From Mobula hypostoma (taxonomy: Eukaryota): a stretch of 64,000 nt of DNA. Of the stretch, positions 38,167 to 50,590 are shown piece after piece. Each line of letters starts with the position of its first letter. The stretch's first letter is position 1. The stretch is from assembly GCF_963921235.1 (NCBI RefSeq), contig NC_086097.1, positions 168,022,001 through 168,086,000 of the forward strand. The letters are read 5' to 3'. The translations under genes were made by a program, and so were the position numbers. Under the pieces are notes generated by a model that worked only from the letters and a program-made list of their open reading frames with translations, made no database searches and was not told the origin of the DNA.

Positions 38167-38400
38167 AAGTTCTCAAAACCCTGAACCCTACTCACCTGCA
38201 TAAATAACCTCCACAAGTTTAGTTCCAGGGTTCACCAATACTTTTGAGGGTATTTTCCCCCTCAGGTTGAGCGAGACTAGAAGTAGAGTCATAGGTTTAG
38301 GTGAAATATTTGAGAGGAATCTGAGGAGAAACTTCTCACTCAGAGGGTGGTGCAAGTGTGGAAAGAGCTGCCAGTGGAGCTGGTAAATGTAGGTTCAGCT

Positions 38401-39237
38401 CATAGTCATAGTTATACTTTATTGATCCCGGGGGAAACTGGTTTTCGTTACAGTTGCACCGTAAATAATAAATAGTAATAGAACCATAAATAGTTAAATA
38501 GTAATATGTAAATTATGCCAGTAAATTATGAAATAAGTCCAGGACCAGCCTATTGGCTCAGGGTGTCTGACCCTCCAAGGGAGGAGTTGTAAAGTTTGAT
38601 GGCCACAGGCAGGAATGACTTCCTATGATGCTCTGTGCTGCATCTCGGTGGAATGAGTCTCTGGCTGAATGTACTCCTGTGCCCACCCAGTATATTATGT
38701 AGTGGATGGGAGACATTGTCCAAGATGGCTTGCAACTTAAGACAGCATCCTCTTTTCAGACACCACCGTCAGAGAGTCCAGTTCCATCCCCACAACATCA
38801 CTGGCCTTACGAATGAGTTTGTTGATTCTGTTGGTATCTGCCACCCTCAGCCTGCTGCCCCAGCACACAACAGCAAACATGATAGCACTGGCCACCACAG
38901 ACTCGTAGAACATCCTCAGCATCATCCGGCAGATGTTAAAGGACCTCAGTCTCCTCAGGAAATAGAGACAGCTCTGACCCTTCTTGTAGACAGCCTCAGT
39001 GTTCTTTGACCAGTCCAGTTTATTGTCAATTCGCATCCAGGTATTTGTAATCCTCCACCATGTCCACACTGACCCCCTGGATGGAATCAGGGGTCATCGG
39101 TACCTTAGCTCTCCTCAGGTCTACCACCAGCTCCTTAGTCTTTATCACATTAAGCTGCAGATAATTCTGCTCACACCATGTGACAAAGTTTCCTACCGTA
39201 TCCCTGTACTCAGCCTCATCTCCCTTGCTGATGCATC
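38401..39237 (-). mobile_element. Young Rex1-type LINE 3' fragment inserted into a CR1 fragment
   Basis: IDNKLDWSKNTEAVYKKGQSCLYFLRRLRSF...; (CTATGA)n tail; CAGCT on both flanks. Confidence 0.88.
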
Positions 39238-40069
39238 CAGCTGTAACATTTATAAAAGTTTGGATAGGTACATGGATGACAGGGGGTTTGGAGGGATATG
39301 GGACGAATGCAGGTAGATGGGACTAGGCAGACGACCAGGTTGGCATGGACTAGTTGGGCCAAAGGGCCTGTTTCTGTGCTGTGGTACTCTATGAATCTAT
39401 ACCGAATAGCAGAATGCACTTGCCAGTTCCACCCACACTGGTCTGCTCATTAACCTCTCTCCCTGTCCCTCCTGTCGGGCACCAGTGCTATTTAAATCCT
39501 CAGCTTGGGCAAAATAACCGACCTTCTACACAATTCAAAGTTCAAAGTAAATTTTTTATCAAAGTTAACATATAGTAGCTTGAGATTCATACTTTACAAG
39601 AAAATAGAAATACAATAGAATTTTATTTTAAAAAATATAAAAATCTATTAACATACAAAGACTGACAATCAATGTGCAAAAGGCAAGCTGTTCAAATAAA
39701 AATAATACTGAGAACATGAGCTATAGAGTCCTTAAAGTTCAATCGCATAAATTATTTTCAAAATGGTGCATCTTGGGTGTTCTAGTGAAGAATGAGAAAA
39801 AGACTGCAGTGCTGAAATCTAAAACAAAAAAGGGAGTCACTTGAAATACTCAGCAAGTCCAGCAAGTTCAGCAAGTCCCTTCTGTATGAAGAAAAACAAA
39901 ACTAATCAGGCAGGAGGACAAAGGAGGGTGCAGAGAGCAGCAGGCAAGGGTGGAGGAGAGAAAATGATTCTGAAAGCGATAAACTGTAAACAACTATCTG
40001 GTGTGTGAATGAAATGAAGCAGATAAAGAGTGAGAACCTAGTCAAAAGAAACTATACAAAACAATAAAC

Positions 40070-41600
40070 ACAAAGAGATTCTGCTGATGGCAGAAATCTT
40101 GAGCAACACACACAAAGTACTAGAGGAATTCAACAAGTCAGGCAGCATCCACAGAGGGGAATAAATAGTTGATATTTTGGATCAAGACTGGAAAGGAAGA
40201 GGGCAGAGCTAGATTAAGAAGATGAGGGAATGGAAAGGAGTACAGGTGATAGGTGAGACCAACTGAGGGGGAAGGAGCGTGGGGGGTGGAATTGAAGTAA
40301 GAAGCTAGGAGGGGATAGGTGGAAGAGGTAAAGGACTGAAGAAGGGAATTATTAGGAGAGGATAGTGGACCATGGGGATGAAGGGAAAAGGAGCAGGAAA
40401 CTAAAGAGTGGTGATAAGCAGGTGAGGAGTAAATAAGGGCTGAGAAGGTAATCAGAATGGGGAATGGAAGCAAAGAGATGGGTGGAGGGAGGCAGAATTA
40501 CTGGATTTTGGAGAAATTGACATTTATGCCATCATGTCGGAGGCTACCCAGACAAAATATGAGGTGTGTTGTTCCTCCAAGCTGAAAATGGCTTCATCGT
40601 GAGCGTAGAGGACAGACATGTCAGAATGGGAATGGGAAGTCAGAATGTAATGGATGTCCATGGGGGAAATGATGGCTTTTGCAGTGGAGAGAGTGAACGT
40701 ACTTGACATAATGGAGTCCCAAGCTGCAAGAGGCTGCACCAGGTGCTTGGAAAGAAAGTGGAGGCTTTGAAATGTAGAGGAGGAGGACAAACTTCTCCTA
40801 GAGTTGGAAAATTCCACACTGAAAGATGTTACATACCCAGATGGACAATGATATTGTAACAGTGCAGAAGGTCACAAACCAATAGGTCATAGTGGGAGTG
40901 GGATTAGATTAGATCAGCTTTGTTTATCACATGTACATTGAAATAGGGGTGGGGAAGTTAAAGTGGCAGGCCCCAGGAAGCTCAAGTATACTCCTGTGGA
41001 TTGAATGCAGGTGTTCGGCAAAGTGATCACCCAATGTGCATTTGGTTTCTACAATGTAGAGGAGACGGCACTGTGGTTGGAAGAAATGCAAGTGAGTCGT
41101 CACTTCACGTGGAAAGATTCTTAAGGGGAGAAAGTGAAAGGACGAGTGTACTTCCACTGCAGTTGCAAGGAAAAGTGCTGTAGGAAGAAAGATAGCTGGT
41201 GGAAATGTAAGAGTACACCAGGGAATCATGAAGGAAATGGTTCCTGTGAAATGCTAAAAAGGAAGGTGAGGAGACGATGCATCTGGTGGTGGAATCTCTT
41301 TGAAGCTGATGGAAAGAGGGAATGATTGCAGGGGAGGAAGGTGAGGACCAGGGGAAATCTATCCTTGTTCTGTCCTGGAAGAGAAGTGGTGAGATCAGAG
41401 GCATGGGAAATGGAGAAGACGTGATCAAGGGATTTGCTAATAATAGTTTAGGGGAAGTTATGGTTCAAGAAGAAAGAAGATGTTGCAAAGGCAACCGTAT
41501 GAAAAGTCTCAGCATTGAAGCAAACATGATAGAGATGGAGGGAGAGAGAGAGAATGTAATATCATCCTTACAGAATGCAGGATGGGATGAAGTGTAGTGG
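40070..41600 (-). mobile_element. Decayed Penelope-like fragments (at least two)
   Basis: SHSHSDMSV..LEEQH and LYIVETKCTLGDHFAEHL remnants plus terminal repeat. Confidence 0.7.
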
Positions 41601-41665
41601 AGAGAGTTGGGATTCAGACCTATTTGTCTGCAGCCTTGTGAACTGACAGTTAGGCCCAACACAAA

Positions 41666-42538
41666 TGTAAACCCCTCACCGGGTTCGTATACAAACTTGG
41701 TTCATATGCAAACTTGGCTTGCATACAAACTTGGTTCATTAGCTAACTCTGCTAACAACCACGTGACTTAGCGGTGAGAAAGCCACCTTTCATAAACAAT
41801 AGACAGTACATCTAGGTTTGGGGTTCAGCTAAACAGGAACATCGTAATGTTCCAATCAAAGAAACTTTGATCTGAGTGAACGCTGTGTAAATGCTGCCCA
41901 TACACAAATATCAGTCGGCAAGAAATAATAGATCATACACCACATAAAATTATAAAGTATATTTACTAATTTCAACTTTATCAGTTATTGAAAGAGAGAA
42001 AAGAAAGAAGAAAAATAATTAAAAGGGCCCATTACAGTTGGACAAGTCTAAATGCACACATAACCATAGGAGCTCACCCCTTCCAAAACTGGGAATAACT
42101 GTTACTCACGGCGCTAAACCCATGGTCCGCGTGAAAGCACTCACCACATTCCGAACTTCCCTCAAAGTCCACTTCAAACAAACTGGCTCCCTCTCAGGAG
42201 TATTCACTCCCTCCTTGGAGCCATTCATCTGCACAAAGCACTTGGTGCAATGGGGACTCTCTTTCCAACTGCATTCTGCAGCATCTTCCCTTCTGTTCCA
42301 CCAAAAGACCCCAAACTGGACTACTGTCCATCACAAAGCTCTCTCCGTCCTGTTCTCTCTTGAACTTTCTCCAGATCTCACCATCCTGATTGGCTGACAC
42401 AACATTCCTAAGTTGAACAACAGGGCTTTTTTAGCCAAAACCAAAACATTCTACCAGCAGGTCACAATGCTTTTGCAGAAAACTGCTAAAATGAAATACC
42501 TACAGCATTGCAGTAGAAATCTAAACCAGGGCATTCCA
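41666..42538 (-). repeat. 3' LTR of the Gypsy element
   Basis: TG...CA ends; abuts polypurine tract GGTAGGGGGAAGAG; aligns by eye to 45619-46271. Confidence 0.85.
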
Positions 42539-43299
42539 CTCTTCCCCCTACCAAAAATAGTTGTGTCCTCATGACTGTTGAACGTATTAAACCATTATTA
42601 ACAACACAATAATCAAATGAATTTCTTGAGTTCAGGACCCCCAATCCATTTGTAAATGGAAGTAACAGATCTCACCATGGGAATGGACATCACTCTGTTT
42701 CCTAGGTGAATCCTCTGCTAGGCTAGCTAGGGGTTTCCTGACTCTCTAAGACCTCCTCATCTCATCTTCAGCTTCTCCAGATTCAACCACTCCTTGTGAT
42801 TTTTCCTGTCCACTAGAAGATGCCTCCCGTCTATCACTCGTACCTTCTGGAGGCTCAAGCCCCCTGCCCCACGACGAACTTAGCTTCCTTCCAAGCAGGT
42901 GCTGCCTCGGAGCAACCAACATCAGACTCGTCAGTAGAAAAGACATCTTTGCACTCCAACATCTCCTCAGCCAATCTCCCTTTCCACTCCTCAGGTATCG
43001 TGAGTCACCAAAGTTGCATGATTTTGATGTCAATTTCCTCGATCCAGGAAACTGTTTCTCTTTCATTTCCCCTGGAAAACTAAAAACAGGGGCAATTAGA
43101 ATCCCATGTCTGAGGGTAACATCTCTTCCTGAGGTGTCCCTGACAGTTCTGTTTGCATAAACAGCCGGAGGTCTCTGCAGCTCAGGTCTCACCACACTCC
43201 AGCAGTAAGCATGACTCTTCTTCCAGATCATGAGGAGGATCCATCTGGATGGCTGAGGCATTGGACATTCCAGCCAATTTGGGGGTTCCCATCACTCCA

Positions 43300-45490
43300 G
43301 CCACTCCTCCAGAATGTAACATGACGGGTTTAGACTGAGTGCATCACACATTTCCTTGTTTCTGCTCAGGAGGACTTCCTGCTTAGGAGGAACTTGCACC
43401 TTCTCAAAAGCAGCTCTGAACACAGGGTGAATGGACAAGGTTTTCAAGAAGTTATCTGCATGTCTCTCCTCGCATGCTCCCATGAGCCTTCTCACAATGG
43501 AAGTATTCGTTCCCACAAGAAAGGAAGCTTCACTCTTTTCAGCCGGATCTAGGCTGACCAACATTGGTGTGTCAATACTCTCAGTTACTCCAACATCTGC
43601 TCCTGAAAACTCCAGTTTCAACAACAAGTAACAATCGAATGAGTACTCTTCAGTACTTACCTCAAGGGCACTGAGTGGCGTCAATGGTAAATACGTCAAA
43701 TATCCCGCTTGTAAAAGAATCTGTAAAGCAAAGTAACTTGAGATGCTGTGTCAAGTATGGCTCTAGCATAAAGACCATCAATGCATATGGATACATCACT
43801 AAACCTTCAGGAACAGTGTTATGCACTTTAGTATTTCCCTTGATACACTGATTGGAAATGTATCCTCTCCATCGCCCCTTCCTTTACTGGGTCCCTCCAT
43901 AGTTTTGCCTCTTTTCTTCTCTGATTAACTGCTGACTTACTTTCTAAAGATTTTCCTGCCCCTCACAGCCCCAGTTGAAATGTCCATCTTCTCCACAGTT
44001 GTAACAGGTCGCCTCTCTAGTCTCCCTTTTCAACAGCAGTCCACTGTGTCGTAAGTCCTACAGGTGGGTCCCAACGGATGTATCACGCTTAGCTGAAACA
44101 TTTGCAGACATCATCGAGTCAGCTCAGCTCAAAGGTTTTCCACTTCGTTCTTCAAAAGCTCCATCTCTGTGGCATCAGAGGCTGCCACTGAAGACGTGAC
44201 TCGGCTTTTGGAAATGTTCCGCTTTTCAATCATGTTTTCCTCCTCTGTACCTTCTCTGAGTAACTCGGTAAAAGATGGAGGTGGGTGCATCTTGTGGGTC
44301 ATTCGAACATGTAGGCCAATCACATCGAATATGTAGGCCATGTAGGCCGGTGGCGCAATGGCATCAGCGCCGGACACCGGAGCGAAGGCTCCCGAGTTCG
44401 AATCCAAGTCAGGCCACTCCCTGAGCACACTTTCCATCCGTGCCAGGTTGAGCGTCGAGCTAGCCACTCGGCCTCGTAAAAAAAAGGGTCCAGTTAGGAA
44501 GGTTCATATCGTGACCCTGTTAATCCGAAAGGAGACCAATCCTGACACCACACGCCAGACAAGAATGGCTGACTGTCTGGTGCAACACACTTTTTTTAAA
44601 AAATCACGTGACATGCTAAAAAAAAATCACTTCACAACTTGCTCCATCCTCAAGCAATTTCTCTCAGACAACTGAATGCCCCCTTTGTGGCACAAACACT
44701 GCAGCAGTTTCTCCAGACTGAAAATGTAGGCAGACAGCTCCTCTCCTTCCTTCTGGAATGTGTTCATCATCAGATCGGCTGCACTTTCAGCAGTGCCAAA
44801 AACATCTTCCAGAGCTTGCAGGCAATTAGCTGACATGGCTAATGGGTTTTCCGCCCTTAGAAACTCACTGTATCAGTCGCCGGACCCTTTAAACTCTCCA
44901 CAGTCTCTGTTTTTCATATTATCCGAGCACAGCCACTCATCCATTAACTGATACTTCTGTTCCACCCAATCCTCATAATCTTCATCCCCATCGGGTGTGG
45001 ACTTGACGCCAAAGAACACTCCCAGGCTACGATACCTTTGGCATTTATCAACCAGTGATGTAATACCCGAAACCAGCCCAGAGTTTCCGTCAGCTGCTGA
45101 AGGACCCATTATACCTTTCACATTAGGAAACTCTTTCCCCTCACTTCGCAGAAACAGGAACAACTTGCCTTTAAAGTCTTCATCCTCAGCTACATGCCTG
45201 CCTTCTCTAAAAATATGGACTCCCAATGACCCTGCCTCTCCAGGGTCTCCCAACCCATCAGGAAGCGCAACTTCAGTTACGTCACTGCTAATCTTGCCTA
45301 ACACAACATCCTTACCAGCTGACTGGTCAAAATACCACTCAGTGCAACTTTTCCAAACACTTCTACAGAACTCAGCACTCTCAGTAGCAGCTCTCAGAAA
45401 CTTGGACATCCACCCCACTCAGAACACAAGCATTATCTGTGGATAATCTCTTTGAATCACACCAAACCTTAGTCCCTGCGGCGTCCATAA
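43300..45490 (-). pseudogene. PNMA-like gag with CCHC knuckle, followed by aspartic protease; multiple frameshifts
   Basis: EDYEDWVEQ, LQALEDVFG, FQKEGEELSAYIFSLEKLL, CYNCGEDGHFNWGC (about 43965-44006), AILDTASQVTLL (about 43730-43765). Confidence 0.8.
44345..44626 (+). mobile_element. tRNA-derived SINE inserted in the Gypsy gag
   Basis: A box TGGCGCAATGG, B box GAGTTCGAATCC, poly-A end; gag resumes on both sides. Confidence 0.8.
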
Positions 45491-45618
45491 CTAAGTACCT
45501 TAATCACTTTCCCCGACACTGGTTTAAACACAGGCTTGAACACACAAACTTCCATAATCAATTCTAAAACAGCAGTCACACCGCATCAGAGAAATCCCTG
45601 GGCGATGGTGCCCACAAA

Positions 45619-46271
45619 AGTAACCCTCTCACCCGGCTGATGTAAAATTGGCTCATTAGCTAGCTCTGCTAACAGCCACGTGACCCAGCAGTGAGAAGAG
45701 CACCTTGCGTGAACAATATACAGTACGTTTAGTGTCAGTATGATTTGGGGTTCAACTAAACAGGAATGTCGTCATGTTCTGATTACAGAACTTCAGTTGA
45801 GTGAATGCTGTGTAAATACTGCCGAATACAATTTGGGTATAACCGTTACTCACGGCGCCAAACCCATGGTTCTGCATGAAAACACTCACCACATTTCGAA
45901 CTTCCCTCAAAGTCCATTTCCACCAAACTGGCTCTGGAGTGTTGGCCCTTCCTCCTTGGAGCCACTCATCCGCACAAAGCACCTAGTGTAACAGGGACTC
46001 TCCCTCCAATGGCATTCTGTGGTATCTTTCCTTCTGTCCTGCTCCCGCCAAAAGACCCCAAACTGGATTACTGTCCGTCACATAACTCCGTTCTCTCTAG
46101 AACTTTCTCCAGATCCCACCATCCTGATTGGCTGACACAACATTCCTAAGTTGAACAGCAAGGCTTCTTATCTTCAGCCAAAACCAAAAGCAGGACACAC
46201 CACTTTTGCAGAAAAGTGCTAAAATGAAAGAGCTGCAGCATACCAGCAGAAATCGCAACCAGAGTATTACA
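45619..46271 (-). repeat. 5' LTR of the Gypsy element
   Basis: Shares long blocks with 41666-42538 (e.g. CCATCCTGATTGGCTGACACAACATTCCTAAGTTGAACA); lacks an internal segment present in the other LTR. Confidence 0.85.
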
Positions 46272-46799
46272 TAAACTTGAGTAAAATCACCTCAGTTTCT
46301 ATTAGGGCATGTTGTAGCCTTCGGGACCTTTTTTTTTACTGGCTATCCCCATAGTCATCCCGGTTTCACCCTGTCAGAAACACCCCTCACCCGCCCTTGC
46401 TAGGGGGTTAAGGCTTCTTTCGTCTTCATTTCAATTCTCACAAGGGGTCTCCAATTTGAACTATTAAAGCTATTCCAATTCCTGCTGATGCAGTCTGACC
46501 TGCTGAGTGTTTCCATCATTTTCTGAACTGGTGTGTTCTGGTGCACTGTTCCATTAAATCTGCTGAGCAGTGATTCTTCACATGAACTGAAAAACAAATT
46601 TGGAGTAGATGAGCTTCTATTTAGAATCCTTTCAATTGCTGCTGAACCTGCTGGGCAGGTCCTCAGTACAGGTGAGCAAGATCTTTAAATCCTGCATATT
46701 CACTTTCTCACGATCAACACAACTTTAATTCTGTATTGATTCTCTCATTTCATCTGCATTTTAAGAATTATTGTGGTGTTGGTATTGGTTTATAATTAA

Positions 46800-47850
46800 C
46801 ACAAGAGATTCTGCAGATGCTGGAAATCCACAGCAACACACACAACATGCTGGAGGAACTCAAGAGATCAGGCAGCATCTATGGAAATGAATGAACAGTC
46901 AATGTTTTGGACTGAGACACTTCTTTGGGACTGGAAAAGAAGGGGGGAAAGCTAGAATAAGAAGGTGGAGGGGGGGAGGAGAACAAACTAGAAGATGATA
47001 GGTGAAGCCAGGTGGGTGGGAAAGGTAAAGGGCTGGAGAGGAAGGGATCTGATAGGAGAGGAGAGTAGACAGTGGATGAAAAGGAAGAAGGAGGAGCTCC
47101 AGGGAGAGGTGATAGACAGGTGAGGAGAAGAGGTAAGAGGCCAGAGTGCAGAATAATAGAAGAGGAAAGGGGAAGGGAGAAGAAAAGATTATCGAAAGGA
47201 GAAATCAATGTTCATGCCATCAGGTTGGAGGCTACCTAGACGGAAATGAGGTATTGCTCTTCCACGTTAAGAGTGGCTTCAACATGGCAGAACAGGAGGC
47301 TATGTGCCGACATATCAGAACAGGAATGGAGATCGAAATTAAAATGGTTGGCTACCAGGAAATTCTACTTTTGCAGATGGAGCGGAGGTGCTCAACAAAG
47401 CAGTGCCCCAATTTAGGTCAAGTCTCACCAATGTAGAGGAGTCCACAGTAGGAGCACTGGATACAACAGACGACCCCAAAAGATTCGCAGGTGAAGTGTC
47501 CCCTCACCTGCAAGGACTGTTTGGGACTCCGAATGGAGATGAGGGAGGAGGTGAATGGGGACGTGTAGCAATTCTTTTGCAGGCAGGGATACATGCCAGG
47601 AGGGAGATTACTGGGGAAGGGTAAATGGTTAAGGGAATCACAGAGGGAGCAATCCCTGCAGAAATGGGGGCGGTGGGGGGGGAGTAAAGATGTTTTTGGT
47701 GGTAGGATCCCATTGAAGATGTGGAAGTTACAGAGAATGATGTGTTCATGGAGAGGTGGGTGAGAACAAAAGGAACTCTATCCCTGTTAAAGCGATGAGA
47801 AAATGGGATAAGTGTCCAGGAAATAGAGGAGATGCAAGTGAGGGTTGCCT
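46800..47850 (-). mobile_element. Penelope-like fragment; appears to continue at about 48590-48875 after an insertion
   Basis: Terminal repeat plus degenerate GIY-YIG region homologous to 22861-23540. Confidence 0.75.
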
Positions 47851-49746
47851 AGCTCAGCATGGGTGCACGAAACCGCACCAATGCAGTTATGAATGTAGGG
47901 CAGAAGAGTTGGGGTGCATTACCAGGGAAGGCATCAAAGTTGCAAGGCACAGCCTCAGTTCAGCACAGACAAGTAAACCTCACTGAACAGCGGCCCATTT
48001 CTCTTCTCCGGCCCCGAAACTCTGACCTTTTCAATCTGGCCTGGCAGTTAAATCAGCCAAACTCATTCCTCACTCTCGCACCCAAGCCCAGCTGCTTTGA
48101 TATGCTCTTGGGCCTGGGCCTCACCAGCTCAATTTGACCCATACCCAATTTTTCCAAACAGACCCAGTGCTTAAATCCGTCAAAAACCAGGTAGATCCTC
48201 AGTCTCGGCCCGGGCCTCTCTGCCTCAGCTCTGTCTCTACTTGGTTCTGCCACTATGAATTGCCTCCAAGCCTGCTCCAGCAGAGGCCAAACATCTGCTC
48301 ATTCCCCACTCACTGGCCCGGGCCCCGTTGTCTCCATTCGGTCTGTACATGCCATGTTGCAACTATCCTGCAACCTTGAGACTTCGGGTCATACCACCAA
48401 ATTGCCAGGTTATACAGGTAGCTCAGAAGTTCAAAGACACCCCGAAGGGAAGTTACAGGATATTGATCGCCGTGATCATTTTGGAGAAAAAGTGTGATTA
48501 ATAAAGTAATCAGTAGTTTTGTTTGCTGCCAACAAGTCATCGCTGTGTTTCACCAGCGCCATCTTAAACCAACTCAGACCATTCTAAATAGCCAATGAAA
48601 TGGCAAGCATAGATGAGGCCCATGGTTTGGAGAAAGTGGGAGGAGTCGAAGGAGAAATTGTTGAGGGTGAGGACCAGTTTTGTTAGACAGAGGAGGTGTT
48701 TGTGGAAGGGAACTGGTTAGATCTTTTGTCAAGAAAGAAGTGGCCTTCTTGATGGGGGGATAGATGTGTATAGGGATTGGGCATCCATGGTGAAAAGGAG
48801 GCGGTTAGGGCCAGGGAACTAAATGTTGTTGAAGAGATCGAGAAGGAGGTAAGGGACTGAACCAAGGGAGATAGAATGGAGTTTATTATTGTTACATGTA
48901 CCAAGATACAGTGAGAAGCGTGTCTTGCCTACTGTTTATACAGATCAAACCATTAGACAGAGCATTGAGCTAAAATAAGATAAAACAATGATAATACAGA
49001 ATAAATTGTAAAAGCTACAAGAAAGTGCAGTGCAGGTAAATAATAAAGTGCAAGATAACAATATGATTGACTGTGATGCCATCTCGTATCGTAGAAGAGG
49101 TCCATCCAAGAGTCTGATAACAGTAGAATGGAGCAGTCTTTGAGCTTGGTGGTCAGGCTTCTGTATCTTCTGCCTAATGAGAGGGGTGGGAGAGAGGATA
49201 TCCAGGATGGGTGGGGGTCTTTGATTATGCTGGCTGCTTTACAGGGGCAGTGGAAGTACAGAGAGACAATGGAGGGGAGGCTGGTTTCTGTGATGAGCCA
49301 AGCTGTGTCCATGACTCTCTGCAGTTTCTTGCATTCGCATGCAGAGTAGTTGCAATACCAGGCTGTTATGCAACCAGTCAGAATGCTTTCTATGGACATG
49401 CTGAACTTCTTTAGCCTCCAGAGAAGGTACCGGTATCGGTGAGCTTACAGTTTATCTGTTCCTCTACACTTAGTTAAAAATTTAAAACAGAAATGGAACG
49501 TTGTAAGCATTCCTGGTTATCACACCTTAGCTAAGGTGTTCTGGGGTTAAAGTTCCTCCCGATGCCTCAAATGGAGCATCAGGTGGCAACCTTGCTGTTT
49601 CTTTAGCATTTGTCTGTTTTACAAGGCCGAATTGCTAGCTCAACTCTCAACCCAGCACGAGTGGGTTTTGGGGTTAGTGCAACTTTAATGTATTGCATAA
49701 TCATACCCAAACTTGAAGGGTTAAATATATCAGGGTTTATATGAAC

Positions 49747-50590
49747 TGTGACGAGAATACACATAAAATTAAAGATGTTTGCTGGCCTAGGTTAGCATCA
49801 GTGACATCAGCAAGTGGTCTGCCACCTGCCCTCAGGGGAAGGAGAGATAAGGAACAATGGTGCAGCGTCTGGAGATGTGTAATGAAGGGACGTGGGAGAG
49901 AGAGCTGTCTGGAGCGGCTCCCCCTTTGAACCCTGAACTGTTTGAAGTGATGGACGGGCGATACCCCAGCAGGGGGATAAAAAGGGACCGGTTCGCGAAG
50001 GCAACACACACGCCACCCGAGGTAACGAGACCCTGGAAGCGGTACGCTTCTCACGAGTCGGTGGGAAGTACCAGACAACGGCCAGGGTGGAAAGGTACTA
50101 TCAGCGGGAACCCGGTGTGTGTCCGCCCTTGCCTGGGTGCCGGGTTCACTGCAGAGGATCGACCGCATCTGGAGGAGGGGTCACAGTCGGTGACCTCAGG
50201 TGACATCACCAAGGACCTGCCCAAAATCGCCGGTCTGTGAGTGAAGCCGTGTCTGAATGATCAGTTGTTCCTGTTCCCCCTCTCTCTCCCCCCACGTTGT
50301 CCATCGCCATGGCAACGATTACTGCGAACTGAACTACTAAACTGGACTGAACTTTGAGTCACTTTGAAATTTGGTCATTTACCCCTAGACAACGATAGAG
50401 CTTGATTGATGCTGTTATCTTAATTCTGTGCACATGTGTGGTTATCATTGCTGAACGGTTGCATTTATTATCCTTTCGATTACTGTGTTGCTTGTTTCTT
50501 TAATAAAACTTTCTTAGTTCTAGTAATCCAGACTCCAACTGAGTGATCCATTTCTGCTGGTTTGGCAACCCAGTTATGGGGTACGTAACA
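49747..50590 (+). mobile_element. Solo LTR, 844 bp
   Basis: TGTGACG...CGTAACA termini; perfect 4 bp TSD GAAC; TATA-like GATAAAAAGG at about 49976; AATAAA at 50502-50507. Confidence 0.92.

Larger units (their letters stand above)
41666..46271 (-). mobile_element. Gypsy/Ty3 LTR retrotransposon, internally deleted (gag and protease remnants; no recognisable RT, RNase H or integrase core)
   Basis: Two related LTRs; PPT at 42539-42552; near-TSD CAAA/TAAA; gag and protease motifs. Confidence 0.88.
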
